Part shown: one piece after another, positions 26,342 through 39,034 of the stretch
Numbering within the stretch: the stretch's first letter is position 1
Layout: the number at the start of each line of letters is the position of its first letter
Assembly: GCF_964204645.1 (NCBI RefSeq)
Contig: NC_134025.1
Span: forward strand, 2,542,001 to 2,606,000
Length of the DNA: 64,000 nt
Direction: 5' to 3'
Origin: Tubulanus polymorphus
Taxonomy: Eukaryota; Animalia; Nemertea
Translations under genes and position numbers: made by a program
Notes under the pieces: model-generated
The model's database searches: none
Seen by the model: the letters and a program-made list of their open reading frames with translations, nothing else
Told to the model about the DNA's origin: nothing

Positions 26342-29300
26342 ATGATAATTTGGATATATTTCATAGTTCACTGTAATTTTGTTCTTTGCGCTCGTCAGCT
26401 TTCGAGTAAAGTCAACCATACAGAAATAGGTAAGATATCACGTTGATTTTGATTTTTTTATGAGAAAAACATTTCAAAAACGACATCGTCTTGAGGCAAT
26501 TTTTGTTAGGAAATTCATCGAATATTGTCGACGGACCTAACCGCAATTATCAAAGTGTAGTATGAACAATCAAAGTGTAGTATGAATAACCTGTATCTGT
26601 ATTAAGATGACGATACAAAGTGTAGTATGAATAACCTGTATCTGTATTAAGATGACGATACAAAGTATCAGTTTTCATTAGATGATGAAAATTCGGAGAT
26701 AGTGTTGCGGTAGAATCTGCCGCTGAATAACCTCACACAGTGAGCATTAAACATCAGACACTGTCGATAATGATGAATAGTGCTATTCATTTTTGTTTGT
26801 ATATCCGTGGAAGGCAATAGGTCGGTTCAGTAATGATCGTTTGTGTTAAAAAAAACAGATAAAACCAATGCGCGAAATCACTAGGTCCTGATACTGTACA
26901 CACCAAAACTGAACCTGATAACCGATATACGCATTTCATTCTTTTCTGAAACGTGCGTGGTAAAGTAAGAAAATATAGTTATCCCGATGTTTCCAACGCA
27001 AAAATGAACTGAACATTTGCTAATGACATCATTAAGTGTATATAATCCCAGTATCAGCGGCTCTTCAATCTAACGTTTCCATTGAGACTCGGATGATGGT
27101 GATGATATTGTCATACACGTTGACGAGAATGAATTGTCACGGTGCGTCTGATAGGTCGGCACTTTTCGTCATAAGATAATAAGCAAGGTGCTTGGCAAGT
27201 TATCACGAATAAAGGGTAATTGTTTATTGACTAAGCAGTTGTGAAGATGGTTGCGCTAGTTGTGCTCCTGTTTTTGGGATCTAGAATATTTCTAGTCACA
27301 TCAGCACGAGGTAATTGTCTATGTTTGTTATGTTTTAACGCACCGTATATTTTATCCACTTTGGAAAGATCCATACATCTGATATTTGTAACAACGATGA
27401 ATAGTAGGCCCAACTATTTTGGTATTTTACCGAATGTTTATTAGGGAAATCACTGTATGTTCTTAGATCAACCAAACTAAAAATATCTAAGATCGGCCAT
27501 GACAACAAAACCTTTCATATCAAGCCACAACCGTTCAGTCTATCAGTTCATAAAGTATAATCATTATACACGCAAATCACACATCTCACGTCACATTAGT
27601 CGCCAGGTAATTAGTAATATCTGAAGATGTCGTAAGTCACATATTTACCAGTTTCATGTAACCCGCACTCTCATACTGTAATATAATTATTCCCCGCAAA
27701 CCAAATCCGCAGGGTAGAAATCTATCTTATTTTGATTAAGCGCAGAAGGAGCGGAGCGTATGGTATTTCGATAGAGTATTTATGTATAGATATACATTTA
27801 TCGTGTCGTTTGAAGTCTTTTTTGTATTTCATATAAACACATCGGGTGTGTGGTGTTTCATTCTGTAAACATATTCACCTCTTTTGAAATCAACGTCTAA
27901 CTGGCAACATAGTTCTTGGATTAATTCAAGTTGATAAAAAAGATCAATTTACACTGATTAATACAAGTTATTCTAGGCGTTTCTGCCGTGTATATTTATT
28001 CAGAAACCTACAATTAATGAAACCACAAATAACAGAATCTCAATTTATTTTCGTTCGAGTCTGTATATTTCTTATTGACGTCATAGCCGTTCCATCACGT
28101 CAAATTTATCTGATGAATTAGATTTCAATCGAAGAAGATCGAACATTATCGATAAAACAATAAATCCGGCGAAAGTCCACAGGCTGTGTCTAATGATCGG
28201 TGTCTGGAACGAATATTACTTTAGAATTTAGAGTCTAATTGAAAAATGTGATTACTATCGATACGAGGTTAAACCTTCTAATAGCACTGTATTTGCAGTA
28301 ACTAAAAGCTGATATGTACTTATTTCCCGCTGCTGTTAGTGATAGTCTCAATATTTCCGTTTTTACCAATCTCCGATAAAATACGCCTCGCACGCATCAC
28401 TGGAGTTTCCGCCCTAAACGAGTCAGCAGAATATCGACTATATGTTAGCATTTCTCCGAGTGAAAAAGACTCGAGATTTGACATGTCGGGGAAAAGGATT
28501 TCAGAGAGAACAAGCATTGAATATCGTATGCGACGTCGATTTAACATTGACATTAAAACCACCGAATGAAACCCGGGGGACGGAAAGAAAGAATTGCAGT
28601 AATTTGATACAAACAGACGTCATCGAACAGGCAGTCTGGGAAGCGATTAACGATGACGTCACTTCCTCTGATATAAGACGTAGTCGATTTTCGTATGTTT
28701 GTTGCAAAATCATAAACATTCTTATATATAACAATAATAAAATCCTGCATTAAGAAAGAAAAACGTGTCGATCCGGAATGTTGACTTCATGAGATTTATT
28801 TGACGTTTCGACTTCATCCTAATAGTACGGAAGCGATAAAGGGCCTCGAGTTGTCGCGTTCCAAGCCGACAAGTCGCCATATGTATGTCGACATATCGCG
28901 ATATATCGCGTCAAGTCGACATGAATATGTCGACATATCGTGACGTTTTCACGACAAATTTCGCTTTTTCGCCCATTTTCCACGGGACAAGCCGTCATTT
29001 GAAGACACGTCTAAATGGAAGATGAGGACGCCAGTGATATGACGACTGAGTTTCAAGCCGTCATGAATATGTCGACTTGTCGCGAGGAAAATGGTCGTGA
29101 AAACGAAATATGTCGTCAAAACGTCACGATATGTCGACATATTCATGTCGACTTGACGCGATATATCGCGATATATCGACATAAACAGGACGACTTGTCG
29201 AGTTGGAACGCGACATCTCGAGGCCCCTTATCGCTTCCGTATAATAGTCATCCTCAGTATTCCCGAAGACGACGATTCTCAGATTTTCTGAATAGCCATG

Positions 29301-32300
29301 TCACATAAATCTGAAATATAAGGATTTCTCCGATTCGGCGGCTGCCATTAGATAAAATTAGACTCATTCATGGACAACGGATTTCATATTAAGTCGGTAT
29401 TCGGATAGGTAATAAGAGTTTCGCAAACTTCGGTTAGAATGATGTAAAATATATTGAAATGAAAAGCAATAAGCCACTTTATTCCTAAATATACTCATTC
29501 GATTTCCAATACTTTACCCCCGCGGCGGGCGATCCTAACAAAAATAACACTTACGTTTCGTCACTTTGATCGGATGACGTTGTTATTCTTAGTCATCAAA
29601 CTTAATTTTTATAGCGATTATAGTTTGATGGTGTCGATTTTTTTTCAGATGATTCTAAGAGGCTCGAATCGGCACGAAACTTCCTACGCTATGTCGATCA
29701 GATTAACCCTACAAACTGTAACGCCGGGACAGGTGAAACTATATCAGTAAAATTCGACACGTCTATTTGGAACAAGTACGCCGATGTAGCCGTTAAGAGC
29801 GCAAATCTGATTTCAAAAATGTTGGTTCAAAGCGGTGACAAGTTCAATACTTCATATGATCCATTGCTTTACGACATTGTAAGGAATAATGTCGCCGGTA
29901 AAACGCTTATTTTCGGCTCGGCCATCGCGCTGGAACCAAACGCTGTTCCCTTGTACGGTAAATTCAGCCCTTACGCCTCGCGACAGGGAGGAATCGTTAC
30001 TGCTTCGGATCTTTCTTTGGGTTACGACTATCTAGATAATGTAACTGAATGGTATTCGGTGCTCAAGGAAAGAAATTGGATGCGAGTACCGTTAGTAGCT
30101 TCTATCGTGAATTACCGGTGAGTATAGTGACAAGGTTTGAGCTTCGAGTACTTATCAAGTCGCGTGTCGTGAGAAACTGTAAAGCTGTTATTACCTACAC
30201 GCTTGTGACTACTGTCACTTGTTTATCGTAGACTGCAGTTCATTAGTTCGCTTGATGTTCATACATATAACCCGTAATTCTGACCGACCTGACATCAAAA
30301 AGTGCTTAAGCTTAGCTACCTCTACTTATACAGCACTAATCAAAAGGCACCGACATTTCGCGCTGATTGCTATACTTAACACGATCTGACAAACGATGCA
30401 ACAAAAACGTTGATCATTCGTTATATTTTTGTTCAAATTCGTTTAAAAAAAACGAGCTTACTAAGTACAACATTTTAATTTTCATAATATGCCTTTTAAC
30501 AGTTATGTAAAGGCTATGTTTTTTTGGGTACCCACTAGGTCCAAAATGTTAAATTTCGTTTCCATACGATTACGATTGGTAGAACACTATATCCGTGTTG
30601 ACGCGATGAGGAGAGAATCCCACAATGATAATAAAAAGTCCGAAAATGAAACTTCGAGATAGTAGTTTATTACAACGTTTCGACTATATCCTAATAGTCA
30701 TCTTCAGGAATAATTATTAATTATATAATGAGAATAATTATTAATAATTATTAATTAACTATTAATTATATAATGAGAATAATTATTCCTGAAGATGACT
30801 ATTAGGATATAGTCGAAACGTTGTAATAAACTACTATCTCGAAGTTTCATTTTCGGACTTTTTATTATCATTGTGGGATTCTCTCCTCTTCCATACGATT
30901 AGTCAATAAACATAGGAAATGATATGCAGCCCCATAGAGCTAGCTACGATTATTACTTCCTTATGATATACGAAGCGTTACAAACGCACCGGATGAAATC
31001 GTGATCATATATATATATATACGTCTGGTGACAAAACTCAATCAAAAACGTGTTAGTTACGCCCAGTGACGGCGTAAATCCTGTCTCAATGACCAAACAA
31101 ATGTATTATCCGGATGTTAACACGTTATCATATACTTATCACATCTCTTTAATCTTCGAACTCGATGTAATGAACCCCGCACAGCGTGAACCCGTTCACT
31201 CATATTCTGCCGCGAAAGAGAATAACATTTGAAATGTCCCCACCCTGACCCCGCCCTTCAATTCCATCAAATTATATCCGTCGACGCTATATCAACAACT
31301 CTACGTAAAAGCATGGCCTCAAGTTCCAATCTATCATAAAGCCACGCTAACCGAATCCATGTGATCGAAATTGGTTCATTATCGACGATTTTCTCTATCA
31401 TAGGGTTTGGCCAAACGACACAATATTATCCCAAACATTAACGGAACCGTTAGCGAAACTATCCGACGGACATTGGACCGATCCATATTTTGACTGTCAA
31501 GCGGGTGACATTTGGATGGTTACATATTCAGCCCCGATTCTGTCTTATAATCAGACCGGAAACTACACTCAATTTCGGTAAGCGGCTTTTCAAGATCTTT
31601 TCATTCGGATTTGTGAGCGAAAAACTCCTACCGAAATAGAGAATCTTCACGAGGAGATCGTCGAATTTTCATGAAGTAATCGTCGAATACCGTTTGATTT
31701 TTTTCAGAGGTGTCGCAACAATTGATATAGAATTGAAGGAAATTGATATAAATCAATGCGATACAAATTCAACAAATGGTCAATCGACGCAGGCGGAACA
31801 GGTTGATAAAAGCCGTTCGGTTGATGTTTTCCGCGACACGCACGTCTGTCCCATCTCGACTATTGTATGTATATAGCATTCTATTTTAGATTTTTCTCGG
31901 AAAAATCATGATTAAGGCAGCGACTCCTGTGCGTTACGGGCAGAAGCAATGCATCAGTGTCTAATTAATACGTGTTTCTTAAGTAATATGAAACCTCGCG
32001 TGGCTGTTCACTCCTCTGTATCTGATATCGAGAAACCTTTTCGTGCGAAATCACGCGTCTATAATTTGGCTTCATTATCCCCGCTTTTTGATTGACATAA
32101 CAGTTCTACAGCCCACTCGATAAATACGTGTAAACCACGTGTATTTCGACGCATAAAGCGCACTTAAACCAGTTTTTTGTCGACAACTTTAAATTCCCAT
32201 TAAACTCGTGAATTCATTTGCGAATTTTGACGATTTTAGGAAGCATTGATGATTCATATTTTCAGTGCGAAGTAATTCGCGGACAAGGATTCAAACGTGG

Positions 32301-35300
32301 ATCATATAAATGTGTATGCGCCGACGGTTATTATTTTCCCGACGTCCAAATCCCACCGCGTATGAAATACTTCAATGGATCCCAGATCGAAGCTATTATC
32401 GGTAAAAATGATTCCAATATCGACGTAAAAAGGTTAGTTAGCGACAAAGTGTCCTGAAGCAGACATTCTAATAGAGAAACCACTTCACTTCTGCTGATAT
32501 CATGAATAAAATATAACGATCCTCTTCAAATACACGTTCATTTTATTCCCAACGATACTTTAATTACTGAATATGTATGCTGATTATTTGCTACCAAGAT
32601 GTTAAAACCGAACGGATAAAAACGACCTGAACTGATCTAATTCTTGTATACTTTTATGTTTAGATTTGAATGTTTGAAGTGTAGGCCAGGCTGTGATACG
32701 TGTGTCGATAGTTCTCCTTGTCTTTATGAATTCATTCTCACCGTTCGAATAATCATATTGATAATTACCGCTTTGATGGTATTTGGTATCATTTTCTCGA
32801 CGTATGTCATCTGGTTGAAAAGGAACTGCAGGGTACGCGCCGTGTTGCAATATTGTCACCACATTATCTCAATAATATCACGCAAAAAACCGACTAATCA
32901 AACCCCATTTAGCTGACCACATATAACGATGGCAGTCATCATTCGTTCATGTGATCCGTCTTTAGAACACCTCCTTAACTTGTTAAAGACAGTTTTCAAG
33001 GCGTTATTACTTAACCATGCATTCGACTAAAGCTGAAGTCGAACTTGCCGTATATCTGCGCTTAGAAAATGAAGCTTATTAGATCATCATTACATAATTC
33101 TTCGAAAATTATACAAATTCAAAGCAGAAAAGACTGATTACGTATAGAATAACGAAGCCGTTCTTGCTGTTTTTATCAGAAATGGACTTTCTCCGTCAAT
33201 ATCCGCTAATGTGCATAATTTGCTATTGAATTGCGCGCTTTGTCGATATCATCGCTCAAATATCTCTTATAAAAGCATTCGAGCACACGTTCTGTATTCA
33301 CGTCGATAAACTTGCATTTCCCCCAGTCTTCCCGTTCTTAAATAAATCCAAAGGGAAATCATTTTTCACAAACCATTACACTGGGAAGAGATTTCTATAA
33401 AGTGGCGAGAGAACCGATCGAACAGTTTATTTCTTTTATCGTTTATAGATCATTAAAGCGGCGAGCCCGATATTTCTATACATCATGGCAGTAGGAGCTA
33501 TTCTGATGTGCTCAGAGGTATAAATCGAAGAATTCTGATGATTTCGATGTCTCTTAATGATTGATTGATGTTTAAACATATATTTGTTTTGTAGGTATTT
33601 TTAGAGTTTCCTGAGGCTACGGGCACGATTTGTATGATAAAACCATGGCCGAGTACTATTGGATTCTTTGGTGCTTATGGGGCACTACTACTGAAAACTT
33701 GGAGGTTTGCTTTTTACTTGTGTTGAGTTGCGAGGGATACGGTATTCTCGTTGCATCGGCGGGAAGCGACGTATTTGTTACACGTCAGAATTGAGAGCAC
33801 TCAATCAATTCAATGATTCGCAATTTAATGCTATGCGGATTATGGATAGATTCCACGGATATTTTTTAGTGAAACTCAATCGCCATTTAAAGATTATTTA
33901 GTTTTAGTTTTCTTAATGTTTCTTGTGTTTCCAAAAATTCTCCTTTCTTCGTGATTGAATTCACCGATAGTTGAATTGATTGCATTTACATTTCAAATGT
34001 TCTTTAAGATTCCTTGTGATTTACCGTCTTCTATACTTTCGTTCAAATCTTCTGCTGTTTATAAAATCCCTTTCCTTTTTTCTATTTCTTTCAGAATTTC
34101 TGCCATCATAAAAATCCAAACGGCGAAAAAATTACAACTTTCAGACAAAGAACTTTTAAAACGTTTTTTACCGATATTAGGAATTGCGGTTGTGTTTTTA
34201 GTAGCGTGGACAGTTGCGGTTCCGCTAAACGAACGCGTTCAAATTAAAAAGACATCTAGCGGTTTGAAATATCCAGTATGTTCCAGTGACTGGTGGATGT
34301 ATGGAGTTCAAATCGGTAAGCATGGCCCCAAAAATGTCATTTCATTCTGACAGAAACCAAGAAAGTATATACTTTTCCGTCAAAATTGTCCCTTTTCCAC
34401 GTATTGACATATTTTTTTCAGGACAAGTTGTATTGCTAGTATGGGGTGCGTATCTGTGTTACTTGATACGGAAAGCTCCCAGTCATCTAAATGAAAGTAA
34501 ATATATAACCTGGTGCATATATAATACAGTTCTACTGGGAACTTTCATACTTATTATCAGGTATATTTACTATCACCTCAGATTTGTAAACATCTTCTGC
34601 GTTTTATAGAAGTGATGATATTTCCTCTTATCATATACTGTAATTGTAGAGAGTTGATCGCGGGAAACGTAGGACCGGATATGTTATACGGTATGCTATT
34701 GTTACGCCTTCAGGTGCACGTTACGTCGATGGTTCTTCTGATATTTGTACCTAAGGTGCGTAAATCAGTTTGATCAAATCGATGCTGATAGAAACGTACA
34801 AAAAAAGCTGCTATAATATCTATTTGTTCATTATCAGTTTTATGCGTTGTATCGTGGCGTGAAAGATGAAGATTTACGAGGTGCTGGAACGATGAATCGT
34901 CAAACTGAACCGACAATTACATCAGTAGATGTCACTCACCGATCAACTCAAACTGAAGCTTCGTGGGTTGATTTATGCCAACGAGGAAGACCAACTAGCG
35001 TAAGTGTAATTAGGTGCACAATATTACATGTTCAAGGAAATATATATATTCTTATGATGGTTAAACCAAACATAAGAAATTTCAATTTTCCTCTGAATGT
35101 ATATGGATCTAGTGGTTTTCGCATGTCTCTATGCTCTATGCTTGTTGCGTTCGATAACTCGAATAAGAGGTAGACTCTGAGACTCTCGAAGAAGTGTTCG
35201 GTTAAACAAACCGCGTTATTGACGATTCCCGTCAATTAACGTCGAGTAAGCTCTAGATGTCAGTGCCAGAGCTATGTGATAAATCTGGAGCAAAACAGAA

Positions 35301-35616
35301 AGAACAGGACGAATTTAGGAGGGTATTTTCCGGGGTTCCAGCTTTCCCGTTGAAGTAACCTTATGTCAACACACGGGAAAGCCGCTTGCAACCTCCAGCG
35401 TGGCCCCGAAGAATGTCATTACTTCTTAAACCCCCGCTGTCATATTGCTCCACCCTTGAAGAGATTCCAAATGAATTCGCCTGCCTGTAACTAGTTCCTG
35501 AGCCGACGTTTATTTCAGAAATTAATAATACGACGAATGTCTAAATTTCTACATTTCAGACGTCGTCGAATACTGGTGAACGACTGAGAAATAACAAAGT
35601 TCACCCGGCAGAATGA
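26342..35616 (+). CDS. GPR158/GPR179-like class C orphan GPCR (Cache-type ectodomain, Cys-rich linker, 7TM)
   Basis: First exon 26342-26429 (or 27247-27310), then about 29649-30117, 31404-31577, 31709-31864, 32266-32431, 32664-32832, 33450-33517, 33595-33704, 34095-34315, 34422-34560, 34650-34755, 34839-34999, 35560-35616. Motifs GHWTDPYFDC..IWMVTYSAP, IDINQC, GFKRGSYKCVC..GYYFP, CRPGCDTCVD, IKAASP, LLKTWRI, PSHLNESKYI, LIFVPK. Confidence 0.88.
26552..26666. repeat. Local tandem repeat (two 45-bp units plus a partial unit)
   Basis: CAAAGTGTAGTATGAATAACCTGTATCTGTATTAAGATGACGATA occurs twice, preceded by CAAAGTGTAGTATGAA. Confidence 0.9.
28826..29241. mobile_element. 416-bp CpG-rich foldback MITE with 6-bp target-site duplication TAATAG
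   Basis: TACGGAAGCGATAA.GGGCCTCGAG.TGTCGCGTTCCAA reads in from both ends; arms pair over roughly 170 bp. TAATAG at 28820-28825 and 29242-29247. Confidence 0.88.
30666..30713 (-). ncRNA. Minimal hammerhead ribozyme motif, inverted copy
   Basis: Exact reverse complement of the motif at 30783-30830. Confidence 0.65.
30783..30830 (+). ncRNA. Minimal type I hammerhead ribozyme motif (Penelope-type)
   Basis: CTGAAGA (30789-30795), extra T, stem II GACTAT/ATAGTC with loop TAGGAT, GAAA (30815-30818), palindromic AACGTT stem III, possible stem I TTATTC/G(T)AATAA. Confidence 0.65.
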
Positions 35617-37192
35617 AACACATATACTGACTATACGGAGATGATTTGGGCTAATCCTAGTCCTCTTTCGTAAGCTATGTATAATGAATGATCTATTGTA
35701 GTAAATCAGTCAGTATTAACGTTAATTAACCGTGAAATCAAATCGTTTTTACGCTAATGACGTTCGGATGTTTTTCTATGTGACGTTCCGTATACAGTTG
35801 TAAGAAGAGTCAGTCCGTCCGGATTTTATGTTTCGTAAAACTGGATCGATATGTAAACACGAATCAGATCATCGGTTTATTTGTATGATATATTTACAAT
35901 CCATTAAGTAGAAATTGAATTATGATGATACGAGCTTTTATGCGATTTTGCATAGAATAGACGGAATAATTCAAATCGATCGACGTAAGGCGAATAAGTG
36001 TTACAGTCGTTTCTTTGACGATTCGGGCTATGTTTAGATAACAATATTTGTTCGTCATTAACTGAAGGAATATACGGGGAGATGATATTTAGATGATAAA
36101 CTATAGATGATGCGTTCTAATTAATTGTCAATAAATAAAGCGCAAAGCTAGGATTAGTTCCATTAATAACATCATTGACCCGCTCGCTCGATCACTTCGA
36201 TTTATGAGGAAGTATTGGCAAAGAAACGGATGATTTCTTATTGGTTTCCTCATAATTCGTCAGGCCGCGTATCATTATGTTTAATATTGCATATGTTGCG
36301 CTATTTCATTTCATTATGTACTTTTTATGGTTAATAAATATTATTGAAACATTATCAAAACATAATATTCTCGCTTCAAATTGTCTCAGACCGAAACGTG
36401 AAATGCTGGCACCAACGATATCAAATTTTGAATTTCTCCCAGTGTTTTTTTCTTTCCGATTGAGGAAATCTCTTCAATCTGATTAATCGTCCATATACGC
36501 CATTTTTAGTTTGATCATTGAGTTGGGGTCCTGGCCGAATAGCATGGTTTTTGGGACTCGAACCCGCCATCTAGTTGGAGCCAGGGAAGATAGGACAGTC
36601 TCGAACATCTCTCGCGAGGTCCTATAATCAACTCTCCTGATGACAAATATCAGGGTTCATTTAACAAAAAAAGGTAATAATGGAAACTGATTCAGAAACT
36701 GAGTTGGAAAATTATTTCTTCGAAATGAATCATTAGTCACAGTTTCCTAAATTCCCTAGTTTCAGTATGTGTGTGATTAACTCGGAGATGCTGCTGACAA
36801 TACTTGAATAACTGCTAACTTGTCAGCCGATAATGATCTCAAGACGTGAAATGTCGACGTCTATTGGCAACTTGTTCCGATCTTTGCCACATCCGATCAA
36901 TTCAGACTAATCTATCAGCCGTAACTCGCAGTCGATGTAATAATATTATATCGGGAGGCAACAGGTTGCTGCTGACAGGTCACAAGACGGATGAGAGGAC
37001 ATTTTGTTCTCCCTGCGCGACATGTGATAAACTGAACGGTCGTGTAAATAAGTACGTGTTATTTATCTACCCGAGTCCAGTATGTCTTGAAGAATTCTTC
37101 TCATCGGTATAGAGATCGGTGGTAGTTTGTTACCGACTATAACCAATTAATGAGTATTCCTGAAAATGTCTGTTTATGATGAGTAATAGGGG

Positions 37193-37441
37193 TTTAGTTG
37201 GTTCAGGCCAAAGGTCGAAAGGTCGAGCTCGTAAAAAATGAAAAAAACATGAAAATAATAATAATTTCTTCTTGAATTAGGAGTGAAACTCATAAAAAAT
37301 GAAAAATAAATTCGAGCGTGCGAGAATTATTTTTCATTTTTATGAGTTTCGCGACTAATTCAAGTAGAAATTGTTATTATTTTCATATTTTTTCATTTTT
37401 TACGAGCTCGACCTTTCGACCTTTGGCCTGAACCAACTAAA
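37193..37441. mobile_element. Foldback MITE, about 250 bp, almost fully palindromic
   Basis: TTTAGTTGGTTCAGGCCAAAGGTCGAAAGGTCGAGCTCGTAAAAAATGAAAAAA matches the reverse complement of the right end; pairing continues to a short central loop near 37310-37325. Confidence 0.85.
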
Positions 37442-39034
37442 TCCGATCCAGGGGGACCCGTGAGACTTGTACAAGTCATTTAATCCTTTGAGTGCCCTTT
37501 TTCATTTTGCCAACAAACACAAAATTGGCGCATTCCAGTGTGGGGGTGAGCCTATTGCATTGACAGATTCTTTCGAAATAAACTCCTGTGTAGTTTTAAA
37601 GAAACATTTCGGGCTTTTTCACTCTTAGTGCGGGATTTCTTAATCAACTGTTGACTAAAACTGGGACTAGAAAATTTCATTGATTTCAGTATATATTTAT
37701 ATACGTATATTTGAAGTGTTTGTGTTATTCTAGTGGTATTCATCCTGTGTGGTTGGTAACTGGGATATTACCAGGTCCAATAATATACGAATCACTCCGG
37801 ATATTTGCGTCAATCATTCACGATGCAATTTTTATTTAGTTCTTGACTTCGACATGCATGATATCATCGAGCTATCTTACATCCCGCATACTCCATATCT
37901 ATATTGTATTGCTGAGATTTTTGAGAGCACTTCGGGGGTAAAAAGTCGGATATGCAAAGCATATTGTAAATTCACTCTTGATTCTGTCATGAATAATGAT
38001 ACGTATATACTTCATACCAGAAAGCCAGTTTTCAACAGTACACACGGTCTTATTTATTTCTTTCAAATGCACTGAGAAAACAAAAGTAATAAACGGTTAT
38101 GATAAAAGCGGTTTTAACAACATGTATTTATTTCAAGAATCTCATTTTACAATAAATTCACACGTGAAATTTGGCTGGTGTTAAAAGCCTAAACTCGCTG
38201 ATTCAAATAGAGAATCTCCCGCATTCCAGAACAGGGTTTGAAAGCTCGGTGCTTGACTTGGAATGACAAATTCCCCGCACTGTTGTTACTGATAAAGTGA
38301 TGTCCAATAAAGTTAAAAATCTGAGTATATATGATATAATAGTAAAACTATTTACAGTCTTAGTTAAATTTCAAAATCACTGACAAACATCTATATTCAA
38401 TATGCTACGGTAAATGAGAAGGAATGAATGATGTTGGCTTTAAGCTACGCTTATTTGCGATACTTTTTACAAGAATGACACAAGGGTATCTATTCGTATG
38501 AATTACTTGTACAATTGACTGCAACATTAACTGTAGTTCCCAAGACGGTGTTGATGATGGTGATAATGATATAAAGTGGTCGTTGACTTATATAGCTACG
38601 GATATAAATTGAGAACATAGACGCGCTTCTTACATGTAAGAAAAAAAAACACATTCTTCCTCACAACAGATGGATTACAAAGTCGCACGGGATTGACTTA
38701 ATGGTCACTTGGGCATTATCGTGAAAATTCCAAACTGGTAATATATCACCACTCTCAGTTTGTCAGTTCGTGTCTAATCGAGATAGCAGCATAATCCAGT
38801 ATCCGCTGTACATACTCTCTCGGGTGGAAGTATAGATTTAAGGGATTTAACAAATAAACTGTTTCTGACAAAAGATTTCTGCTGGCCTACATTCAAAAGT
38901 CTTCACTGTATTTCACAACGAGTTGTCGATATTTCTTCATTTCACACGCAGCGTTCGATAAGGAAGATAAGCGTATTATTCCATTGATAAATAAGATGAT
39001 TTGCATAAAGCACCAGTATCATCCTCGCTATTTA

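Larger units (their letters stand above)
30608..30888. mobile_element. Palindromic Penelope-like terminal-repeat relic (111-bp inverted arms, AT-rich spacer)
   Basis: 30608-30718 is the reverse complement of 30778-30888. Each arm has a hammerhead core followed by AATAAA. A 13-bp direct repeat TTCCATACGATTA lies at 30560-30572 and 30889-30901. Confidence 0.75.

Noticed and set aside
28306-28753. Overlapping ORFs on both strands, one with a hydrophobic signal-like stretch, as a third GPCR first exon
   Set aside because: No in-frame ATG before the hydrophobic stretch, internal stops, and the nearby GTATGT donor is in the wrong phase for the open frame. A decayed exon cannot be excluded.
28949-29308. 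ORFs of 77 and 97 aa
   Set aside because: They lie within the palindromic MITE; no transposase or other motif.
36846-37112. 88-aa ORF resembling a mitochondrial targeting peptide
   Set aside because: Starts at GTG with stops just upstream, no ATG, and no downstream exons found.
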